Source: Methanospirillaceae archaeon (GTDB taxonomy: Archaea; Halobacteriota; Methanomicrobia; Methanomicrobiales; Methanospirillaceae). From it: a stretch of DNA of 64,000 bases. The translations under genes and the position numbers were made by a program. Positions 52,201 through 60,759 of the stretch are shown here, piece after piece. The stretch spans positions 2,805 to 66,804 of the forward strand of contig JAFGOM010000009.1 of assembly GCA_016926505.1 (NCBI GenBank), written 5' to 3'. The notes beneath the pieces are model-generated. The model made no database searches and was not told the origin of the DNA. It saw nothing but the letters and a program-made list of their open reading frames with translations. Each line of letters opens with the position of its first letter. Position 1 is the first letter of the stretch.

Positions 52201-52990
52201 CAAGCACATCTTCTCCCCGGAAACAGAGAAACAACTCCGGGAGCTGACCGATGCCGATGCGGTGACAGTCCTGGAAGACGGGCATCCCGATGACCTGGGA
52301 GTTAAGGTGCTCACTGCCCTGACCCTGATGCTCGGAGAGGAGACGACCACCGAGATTCTGTCGCTTTTGGGCGGGGATATGGCAATAGGAGCAGCGACGA
52401 TCCGATCATTTCTGCTGAAAGATTATTGGAAGATTCATCTCCAGTGGTATCGGAAGCGACCTATCTACTGGCTTATCCAGTCACCAAAGAAAGAATACAG
52501 CTGTTATGTCTTCCATGAGCGGATGACGTCTGATTCGCTCTTTTTGATTCAGTCGGCCCGGTATCTGGGTGGACGGATCAATGCTCTCCGGAGCAGGATC
52601 GGCGAGGTCATGGAGGCTATTCAGACTGCTGAAGGCCGGGAGCGGAAGGCTCTTGAGAAGGAGCGGGAACAGCTCGAGAAGGCCCTTGTAGATTGCGAAG
52701 AACTGGATAGTTCTCTCACCCGGATCATTCAGAAGACGGATGAGACCGGGAAGACGGTTGGATGGAAACCCGAACTCGATGACGGGGTGATCCTGAATAT
52801 GGCACCGCTCCGGGAGCTCTTCCCGTCGTGGAAAGTTGAACCGGTGAAATTCTGGAAAGAACTGGAAGAGGGGAAATACGATTGGTCATATACTGCAATG
52901 CGATACTGGCCGACGCGGGTTAGGGAGGCATGTAAGCGGAATAAGAGCTACGCGATTGCACATGGGTTGGAAGAGGAGTATGAGGGATGA
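49203..52990 (+). pseudogene. pglX: BREX N6-adenine DNA methyltransferase PglX, split by a 1-nt frameshift at about 49646-49660
   Basis: The N-terminal 169-aa ORF (49203..49712) and the 49769..52990 ORF are both PglX-like. The downstream frame is open from 49646 and reads 'AYRIFILSVCGDIAGEIAVLFDPENLPSRLFPRP...WVYQYFNEEEK...TPRWIV...ANPPY'. Confidence 0.8.
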
Positions 52991-53754
52991 AAAAATTAAT
53001 TCTATCAATTCTGACTACTCCAGGAACACTCCCTATTATGACAGGTATTATTGGATTTTTTAGTGGATATTTGCTTAATCGGCATTTTGACAGGCAGAAA
53101 GCTCTCCGAGATAAAGCCAGACAACTCGATTCTGTTTTATACTCTGATATGAGACCTGAAATTCTTGAAGTGATCAAATCTCTCGAAAAAGGCACATACA
53201 TTAAAGTAAAGGGGGAAGGAATTGATGAAATATCTATTACTGATAAAAAAATACGTGAGATGTTATTAGGTTCTAAAGTCTTTATCGAAAAATCAGGTAA
53301 ATTGGAGCTCATCTATACTCAAGATAAGGTGTTTACCAAACCCGCGAATGAAATTATCTCTTTGGTTGAACAGTTTACAAAAGAACTGAACGATTTCCTC
53401 ACATCTCTAAAGGCTATTGATACGGCCATCATTCCATCTTCTTTTGAATCGGATATTTTTCGAACCTTCAAAGTGGAACGAGAATCGGCAAAAATGAAAG
53501 AATTTTCAATGAATCTCATTTATTGTGCAATATTAGATTCTCAAAATGCATTTACAGGCGGAAGAACCTGGGTAGATGAAATGGTTCAAAATAAATTTCC
53601 TGTTCTCCAATTGTTTGTTTTTCAATATGACTCACTCAAAAGGAAATCTGAAGAACTAGCAGAAAAAAGAAATGAATTAATTGAGATATTATCAAAAATA
53701 GAAAAACAAATCTCTAAACTTCATAATCGGTTTCTGAATGAGAGATTGGTATAA
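52987..53754 (+). CDS. Hypothetical protein with an N-terminal TM helix and a C-terminal coiled coil (nested cassette gene 1)
   Basis: ATGA overlap with the pglX stop. 'LILSILTTPGTLPIMTGIIGFFSGYLL' TM segment. AT-rich. No family was recognised. Confidence 0.6.
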   Translation: MKKLILSILTTPGTLPIMTGIIGFFSGYLLNRHFDRQKALRDKARQLDSVLYSDMRPEILEVIKSLEKGTYIKVKGEGIDEISITDKKIREMLLGSKVFIEKSGKLELIYTQDKVFTKPANEIISLVEQFTKELNDFLTSLKAIDTAIIPSSFESDIFRTFKVERESAKMKEFSMNLIYCAILDSQNAFTGGRTWVDEMVQNKFPVLQLFVFQYDSLKRKSEELAEKRNELIEILSKIEKQISKLHNRFLNERLV

Positions 53755-53774
53755 AATATAAATAGTGGATTCGA

Positions 53775-54206
53775 ATGACAAAATATTCAAATTTAATTGA
53801 TGATTATAAATCCTCAGCCAAACGGCATCTAAATGGTTCGGACACACTCTTGAGAGAAAACCAGTATGAAGAATCGGCATATCTCGCAGGGTATGTATCT
53901 GAGTGCTCAATAAAGAAGATGGTTCAACTGATCTTAAAAAATGATGCTCCAATATTTCAGCATGATATTTCATTATTATCTAATCAGTTAATACAATTAA
54001 TTCAAAAGACGGCTGAATTTTCATTATCTAAATATATACCAACCCCGCAAGGAAATTTGTTCGAAGGTTCAATTAATAATTGGGATCCTGTTCTTCGGTA
54101 CAAAACTGACGGGACTATAAATGAAACAACAGCAAAAGAATGGTATCGTGAAGCTTCAGTTCACTACAATATTCTGCAGGAGATGTGGAAGGATGGATAC
54201 TCATGA
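53775..54206 (+). CDS. HEPN-like small protein with an Rx4H motif (nested cassette gene 2)
   Basis: 'AKRHL..LL....YEESAYLAGYVSECSIKK', 'HDISLL', 'WDPVLRY' and 'YREASVH' (R125..H130) match the HEPN layout. Confidence 0.55.
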   Translation: MTKYSNLIDDYKSSAKRHLNGSDTLLRENQYEESAYLAGYVSECSIKKMVQLILKNDAPIFQHDISLLSNQLIQLIQKTAEFSLSKYIPTPQGNLFEGSINNWDPVLRYKTDGTINETTAKEWYREASVHYNILQEMWKDGYS

Positions 54207-55513
54207 ATATTCACCTTGATGAAGCCCGGAATAATACTCTTACCTTTCTAAGGTCACTTCTGAAAAAGAACACGGATATTGAAAAGATTATCTTTATTGA
54301 AGATGTATTCAGCCGATTCAGAATAATATACTGGACCCAGAAGCCATATGACTTCGACAAGATAAGTGCGACTATCGAAAAAACGGCAAGACCATTCTGG
54401 TCTCAGGAATATATCAATATTTCAGTCACATCTCCAGCCTACGATCGTGAATTCTATGATCAGAGCTGGGACGAAGGAAAAGAAGATGACGAAATGGATT
54501 CTCTTCGGATACTTGAGCGGCATCGCAACCGCCGTGGATGGTTTGAACCATTCACAAAACCCCTTTGGCTCCCATTAGATCCTGGTAACCCGCGGACTCC
54601 CCCAATCATCACCTTCTACTCATTCAAAGGAGGAATTGGGAGAACCACCGGACTTGCAGCTTTCGCAATAGATCGGGCACATGCAGGAGAGAGGGTAGTA
54701 GTCCTTGATTGCGATCTGGATGCTCCAGGTATTGACCGACTTATCACCGGAGATCCTACTATCCAGGCTCCATGGGGGATTGTTGATTATCTCCTCGAAG
54801 CCCCGTTGATTGAATTACCCCTTACTGATTACAAACACCGTTGTCAGTCAGAAAAAATTACCGGGGAAGGAGAAATACTGGTTTTTCCAGCCGGCAAACT
54901 TGATGACAGATATCCGGAAAAATTAGCCCGGATCGATCTCAATCAGTCTACGGATGATTCCGATCATCCTCTGATGAGACTAATCTCCAGAATCGCAGCC
55001 GAATTAATTCCGGACTGGATTCTGATTGACGCACGAAGTGGCTTGTCTGAAATATCCGGGTTAGTTCTTTCCGATTTATCCCATCTCCTCGTATTATATG
55101 GCACCACTTCAGAGCAGAGTTGGGATGGTCTTCGATATATTATTGAAAGAGCAGGAAAAGAGAGAATAAACCGTGATACCCCACAACAACCCTGCATTAT
55201 TGTTCAGTCATTGATACCTGAAGTAAAATCAACCCCATCTGCCCAGGAATGGTTTGAGACGAGATCCCTCGATCTATTTTCAGAGATATACTACCGCGAA
55301 GACCCTGAGGATCCTTCAGAACGAGAAGAGAATTATTGGTATCTTACCGATATCAATGATGAAAAAGCCCCTCATCTCCCGGTAGGGATTACATATTCAC
55401 CCGGACTTGCCTTCTTTCATACCCTTTCTGATATTGTTCCTGACATTCGGAATAATAAAGACTTTCAGGCTTTGGTACAGAAGATCTATGATTATTTCAA
55501 ACCAGATGTATGA
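54203..55513 (+). CDS. ParA/MinD-like (SIMIBI) ATPase with a variant Walker A 'KGGIGRTT' and an N-terminal extension of about 135 aa (nested cassette gene 3)
   Basis: 'ITFYSFKGGIGRTTGLAAFA', 'VVVLDCDLDAPG', 'WILIDARSGLSE'. ATGA overlaps with both neighbours. The ORF is also open from 54185. Confidence 0.7.
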   Translation: MNIHLDEARNNTLTFLRSLLKKNTDIEKIIFIEDVFSRFRIIYWTQKPYDFDKISATIEKTARPFWSQEYINISVTSPAYDREFYDQSWDEGKEDDEMDSLRILERHRNRRGWFEPFTKPLWLPLDPGNPRTPPIITFYSFKGGIGRTTGLAAFAIDRAHAGERVVVLDCDLDAPGIDRLITGDPTIQAPWGIVDYLLEAPLIELPLTDYKHRCQSEKITGEGEILVFPAGKLDDRYPEKLARIDLNQSTDDSDHPLMRLISRIAAELIPDWILIDARSGLSEISGLVLSDLSHLLVLYGTTSEQSWDGLRYIIERAGKERINRDTPQQPCIIVQSLIPEVKSTPSAQEWFETRSLDLFSEIYYREDPEDPSEREENYWYLTDINDEKAPHLPVGITYSPGLAFFHTLSDIVPDIRNNKDFQALVQKIYDYFKPDV

Positions 55514-57006
55514 CATTAACACAGGAACAGCAAAGATCTCTCATCCATGACGTATCATCCCTGGATAGCCACGGGCACGGAGATATGGAAGATAAAGAGA
55601 ATTTCCTCAGATATTTTTATCCGGTTCCTGCTCATATCCGTGGCTTTGATCCTGAAGTCGTCATTATCCTTGGAAAGCGAGGGGTTGGGAAATCTGCATT
55701 ATATGAAGCGGTAACAACCCATAGGTTAATTTCAGTGATTTCACGTTTTTCTCCACAGCAACGAATTCAGCAAGCCTCATTATCAAAGACCTCTTGGTGC
55801 AAGGGATATAATCCACAAAAAAGGTTTCCTGACCCACAGGTAATATTTAAGATATTTGAAAAAGACTGGAATGGGCGCATTATTGAACAGATTTTCTGGC
55901 ATTGTTACCTTCTTCGTGAATTATCTGATAACTTACCAGAAGTCGATAAAAACTCTTTAGAATTGATAATATCAGGGGAAAATTATGAGCCCCTTAAAAT
56001 TATAGAAGCATTTATTGCAGCTGGGGAGTTTCCATATTACGCATTAGATCGTCTTGATCAATCACTCGAAAAAGAAGGGCGATTTATCTATATTGCATAC
56101 GATGCGTTAGATTCTTTAGGAATCGAACAATGGGAATTGCATCGCCGATTAATATCAGGTCTCATTTCATTTTGGGCAAAACAGAGCAGGAGGTGGTCCA
56201 ATATCCGTGCAAAAATCTTTATTCGGACTGATCTCTATGAACGCTATCTGCAGATCGGAGAACCAGATGTAATTAAACTCGCAGCGAATAGAGTGGAGAT
56301 AACATGGCTGCCTCATCACCTCTATGCAATGTTGATTAAACGTATTGCAAATATCAATCCATCTTCATTAGCATATTGTCAGGACGCAGGAATTCACTTT
56401 AAAAAAGATAATGTCCTTGGTCATATCCCCCAAATCTCTTCACTAGATGATGCCGATTTGTTTATTACAAGGTTTATCGGGCAATATATGGGTTCTGATA
56501 ATAGAAAGGGAAAGACGAATACTTGGATACTAAATCATCTACAGGATGGCAAAAAAAATGCCAATCCACGACCTTTAATAAGATTGATCGGTAAAAGTGC
56601 GACTGCTCAAAAAGATAGTACCTTACCATCTCCTCCCCATCTTATTTCGCCGGTAACAATCCGAAGAGAATTAGACCAAATATCTGTCGAAGAGATCATG
56701 AGCGCTCAGAGTGAGTGGCCATGGATTAATGACCTTAAACAGAAACTTGAAGGAAAACAGATCCCTATGGAGGAAAAAGATCTGGAACAGATTATTACGA
56801 AATTATTTAGAACTGAATGGAAAGAGGGATCGAAAAACAGGCCACCTTCTGATAATCCATCTGCATTCATTGAGTATCTCGATAAACTTGGATTAATTAA
56901 GGAGAGGCCTGACAAGAGAATAGATGTTACTGATTTATATCGTGCGGGACTTGGCTTAAAACGAAAAGGCGGAGTTAGAAAAAACTCCCCTTCAAAGAAG
57001 AAATAA
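55510..57006 (+). CDS. P-loop NTPase of unknown family (nested cassette gene 4)
   Basis: Walker A 'ILGKRGVGKSALYEAV', Walker B 'FIYIAYDALD', then 'KIFIRTDLY'. Basic C-terminal tail. Confidence 0.7.
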   Translation: MTLTQEQQRSLIHDVSSLDSHGHGDMEDKENFLRYFYPVPAHIRGFDPEVVIILGKRGVGKSALYEAVTTHRLISVISRFSPQQRIQQASLSKTSWCKGYNPQKRFPDPQVIFKIFEKDWNGRIIEQIFWHCYLLRELSDNLPEVDKNSLELIISGENYEPLKIIEAFIAAGEFPYYALDRLDQSLEKEGRFIYIAYDALDSLGIEQWELHRRLISGLISFWAKQSRRWSNIRAKIFIRTDLYERYLQIGEPDVIKLAANRVEITWLPHHLYAMLIKRIANINPSSLAYCQDAGIHFKKDNVLGHIPQISSLDDADLFITRFIGQYMGSDNRKGKTNTWILNHLQDGKKNANPRPLIRLIGKSATAQKDSTLPSPPHLISPVTIRRELDQISVEEIMSAQSEWPWINDLKQKLEGKQIPMEEKDLEQIITKLFRTEWKEGSKNRPPSDNPSAFIEYLDKLGLIKERPDKRIDVTDLYRAGLGLKRKGGVRKNSPSKKK

Positions 57007-57039
57007 TCCGATTTTCCTCTCAAATATCATCCAAAAGAT

Positions 57040-58137
57040 ATGGAATCCCCTAGAATCCCCTCTGATTATCCCACCTTCCTCACCGACCTGAAGAACCGTA
57101 TCCGCCAGGCCCAACTCAAAGCCACAATATCAGTAAACCGGGAACTCATTCTCCTCTACTGGCAGATCGGCAAAGATATTCTCACCAATCAGGAGATACT
57201 CGGCTGGGGAGCAAAGGTCATCGACCAACTTTCCCAGGATCTCCGCACAGAGTTCCCTGATATGAAAGGTTTCTCGGTCAGAAACCTCAAGTATATGCAG
57301 GCTTTTGCTGCCACTTATCCAGACCCTGAATTTGTGCAGCAGGTTGCTGCACAATTGCCCTGGTTCCATATCTGTCTCCTCATAACCAGAATAAAAAACC
57401 CTAATGAACGGTTGTTTTACCTGAATCAGGCCATCGAACATGGGTGGAGCAGGAGCATTCTTACTCATCAGATTGATCTCAACCTCTATGATCGTCAGGG
57501 GAAAGCCATCACAAATTTCTCCCATACGCTCCGTTCCCCAGCATCAGATCTGGCTCGAGAGACTCTGAAAGATCCCTATATCTTCGATTTCCTGACGCTC
57601 TCTGAAGAAGCACAGGAAAGGGACCTTGAAGATGCCCTCATCTCTCATATTCAGCAATTCCTGCTCGAACTCGGCATCGGATTTGCGTTTCTTGGAAGAC
57701 AATATCCCCTAACCGTTGGAGATCAAGATTTTTATCTCGACCTCCTCTTCTATCATACCCGTCTCCACTGCTACGTGGTCATTGAACTCAAGGCTCATGA
57801 ATTCAAACCGGAATGTGCAGGAAAATTAAATTTCTACCTCTCTGCAGTGGATGATCTCATAAGGCAGGAAGGAGACAACCCTACCATCGGGATTCTCCTG
57901 TGTCGTGAGAAGAACCGGGCGATTGCAGAATATGCCCTGCGGGATATCCAGAAACCCATCGGAGTATCAGAGTATCAATTGACCAGGGCATTGTCTGAAG
58001 ACCTGAAAGAACGACTTCCGAGTGTTGAAGAAATTGAAAAGACATTGGAAGAGATTGAACTGAAGACAATGTCATCAATGTCTGGAGAAATTGAGATTAA
58101 CTATAAGGATGGGACAAAATATCATGAAAAATTCTAA
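57040..58137 (+). CDS. DUF1016/YhcG-family PD-(D/E)xK nuclease
   Basis: N-terminal 'I..AQ.KA..SVNRELILLYWQIGKDIL' and 'FSVRNLKYMQAF'. C-terminal nuclease core 'DLLFYHTRLHCYVVIELK'. Confidence 0.8.
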   Translation: MESPRIPSDYPTFLTDLKNRIRQAQLKATISVNRELILLYWQIGKDILTNQEILGWGAKVIDQLSQDLRTEFPDMKGFSVRNLKYMQAFAATYPDPEFVQQVAAQLPWFHICLLITRIKNPNERLFYLNQAIEHGWSRSILTHQIDLNLYDRQGKAITNFSHTLRSPASDLARETLKDPYIFDFLTLSEEAQERDLEDALISHIQQFLLELGIGFAFLGRQYPLTVGDQDFYLDLLFYHTRLHCYVVIELKAHEFKPECAGKLNFYLSAVDDLIRQEGDNPTIGILLCREKNRAIAEYALRDIQKPIGVSEYQLTRALSEDLKERLPSVEEIEKTLEEIELKTMSSMSGEIEINYKDGTKYHEKF

Positions 58138-58168
58138 CACAGTTGCACGTAACCTTCGGTGACCCACT

Positions 58169-60751
58169 ATGCCAACCGCAACAGAATACCTTAAAACCCA
58201 GATAACCTCAAGCCTCAAGAACCATCACCTGGTTGTCCTCTTTGATCCCGAGAAACACTACTCAGATATTATCAAAAACCTGGACCTGAACGGGATACCC
58301 ATTCATACCTATACCGGTTCATTCATCGAACTCCGGAAAGAGATAGCCGGACTCATGACAGGGGAGAAACCACCCGATCTCCTCCTCTACATTCCGATGG
58401 CTGAAAAGGATTCCAACAATGCACTCATCGGCTTCACCAAACCGGGTGTCACCCTCCAGCCCGGTCAGCACCCCTGGGAACGAAACACCCGGCTATCGGT
58501 TATTGCTCGACAGGTTCTGAAGAACCATCTGTCAGAACAGGAGATGAGTGATATTGAAGCAAAGATCGAGGCAGGAAAGCTGACGCTCTCTGACATCGAT
58601 ATCATGGCTGAATCAGTCCGGCCCCCTCTCCCTGAAGCTCTCTCCCTCGTATTTCGCACGAAGTCACCACAGGAAACCCTCCTCTCATTCATCACTGATG
58701 AGAGCCGGGATAACGATCTCATAACAAAGGGACTCATCCCTGACCTGATATCAGTAATTCAGACCACAACCGGATATACTCCGGGAGATGATCAACCAGA
58801 GACCATCAGACCAAATCTCATCAAATATCTCCTGTTCTCTGCGTTCATCAGTGAGATTGGAGAAACTCCGTCAGAACTCGTAAAGGTTCCTCATACAGAA
58901 GGTAAAGAACTCCAGGATATCTGCAGGGATATCATCTACTCCTGGCAGAGCCGACGGAAAACCGCAGCTCTCTATGAGCAATACGCACGAAATATCGAGA
59001 ATACCCTCCATCTCTCAAACCTGACCATTTCATCTGAACAACTCACCGTGAGCCGTGTATTCCCCGGAACCGAAAAGAAACTCATCGCTCTTGCAGAAGA
59101 GGCATGTTTGTCAGGAACCATTGCTGACCTCGATATTAAAACCCTGGCAAGCGATCGCCTTCACCTATACTGGTCACAGCAGGATCCGGTCATCAGTTTC
59201 AGATGGAAGATTCTGGAAGAGATCAGCCAGTTTACCTCCCTCTCAAAAGAGATCGAGACAAAAATCAGAGAAAAAGTATGGCAGGCTCAGGATCTCATCT
59301 CTGCCTATATCAACCCGCAGCAGGGATGGTATCACCTTGACACCCTCCATCGAACCATACTCAAACACCAGTATGATGACACCCTGGACTCCGGGTGGCA
59401 GGATGACTTCCTGGATCGCATCATCGGAAAAGTGCAGAAGCAGTACTCGACCACTGCCGACCTGATGACCAATGCCCTCACGCTTGCAATCGCCCAGGAA
59501 GGAACCCGGCAGATAACCAGTCCGATGCAGACCAGAACCTTCTCCTCATATGTGAGGCAGGATGAAAACCCTGGAAAGACTGCATATATCCTCGTCGATG
59601 CATTCCGATACGAGATGGGAGTTGCTCTTCAGGAGGTACTCAGTGGCACACATGAACTCTACGCAACCATTGGAACCCTCCCCTCGTACACTCCGGTGGG
59701 AATGGCCGCCCTCATGCCAAACGCGGAAAAAGAGTTTGCCATTATCGCATCACCACAAGGAGGGCTGACTTCGCTCGTTCATGGTACGCCGCTGACTACC
59801 CGGGAAGAACGGATTACGTACCTCAGAGACCAGGTAACCAGTGACCTCCTCGCTTGCAAACTCTCTGATCTCTTCCCCAGGCCGAAGAAAAAGATAGAAG
59901 ACCAGATCAGGAGTAGTCCATTCATCCTCATCACCTCCCTGGAGATCGATGCAGCAGGGGAACAATTAGAACCGCATCTCGCCAGGCAGAGTATGGATGA
60001 GATCATCCGCTATCTGAAACGGGTCATCTCACACCTCACCCGCCTCGGTGTTACCCGGATTGTGATCACTGCCGATCATGGGTACCTCTTTGGGGAGGAA
60101 CTCACCGAGGCAATGAAGATAGATCCCCCAAGCGGTCAGACTATCGCAATACATCGCCGGTTCTGGGCAGGAACCGGAGGAGACGCTCGCGACTCCTATG
60201 TTCGGATACGACCTGAAATGGTAGGAGTGAAGAGCGATCTCGAGTTTGCCTACCCTGCAGGTATCGGGGCATTCAAAGCAAAAGGAGGAGGAACCGCCTA
60301 TCACCATGGGGGAATATCTCTTCAGGAACTAATCATTCCTGTTCTCGTTATCGAACATACCGGCCAGGTCCTTTCATCAGATTCAAGTATCTCCTGGTCA
60401 CTTGCAATCAGCGGAGACAAAATATCCAGTCGGATGGTTTCAGTAAAGATCAACGGGACGATCACGAGTATCACCTGCGACCAGGTCCCGAAAGTCAGAG
60501 TAGAGATCCGGTCAGGAGATCTGACAATATCAAACCCGCTGACCGCTCATTATGACTACCGGGAAGCAACAGGTGACATAAGCATGAGGATAAACCATGA
60601 CCCGGCGAAAAACCGAAGTCTTGAGGAGAACACCGCAATAATGCAGGTACATACCATCCCGAAAGGTCAGGCAACCATCCATCTTCTTGACAGCGAGACC
60701 GACGTAGAGCTCACAAAAATAGGTCCATTCCCCGTAGACATCAGCTTTTAG
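58169..60751 (+). CDS. pglZ: BREX alkaline-phosphatase-superfamily protein PglZ
   Basis: 860 aa. 'AYILVDAFRYEMG', 'ITADHGYLF', 'YHHGGISLQELIIPV'. Confidence 0.85.
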   Translation: MPTATEYLKTQITSSLKNHHLVVLFDPEKHYSDIIKNLDLNGIPIHTYTGSFIELRKEIAGLMTGEKPPDLLLYIPMAEKDSNNALIGFTKPGVTLQPGQHPWERNTRLSVIARQVLKNHLSEQEMSDIEAKIEAGKLTLSDIDIMAESVRPPLPEALSLVFRTKSPQETLLSFITDESRDNDLITKGLIPDLISVIQTTTGYTPGDDQPETIRPNLIKYLLFSAFISEIGETPSELVKVPHTEGKELQDICRDIIYSWQSRRKTAALYEQYARNIENTLHLSNLTISSEQLTVSRVFPGTEKKLIALAEEACLSGTIADLDIKTLASDRLHLYWSQQDPVISFRWKILEEISQFTSLSKEIETKIREKVWQAQDLISAYINPQQGWYHLDTLHRTILKHQYDDTLDSGWQDDFLDRIIGKVQKQYSTTADLMTNALTLAIAQEGTRQITSPMQTRTFSSYVRQDENPGKTAYILVDAFRYEMGVALQEVLSGTHELYATIGTLPSYTPVGMAALMPNAEKEFAIIASPQGGLTSLVHGTPLTTREERITYLRDQVTSDLLACKLSDLFPRPKKKIEDQIRSSPFILITSLEIDAAGEQLEPHLARQSMDEIIRYLKRVISHLTRLGVTRIVITADHGYLFGEELTEAMKIDPPSGQTIAIHRRFWAGTGGDARDSYVRIRPEMVGVKSDLEFAYPAGIGAFKAKGGGTAYHHGGISLQELIIPVLVIEHTGQVLSSDSSISWSLAISGDKISSRMVSVKINGTITSITCDQVPKVRVEIRSGDLTISNPLTAHYDYREATGDISMRINHDPAKNRSLEENTAIMQVHTIPKGQATIHLLDSETDVELTKIGPFPVDISF

Positions 60752-60759
60752 GTGAACTC

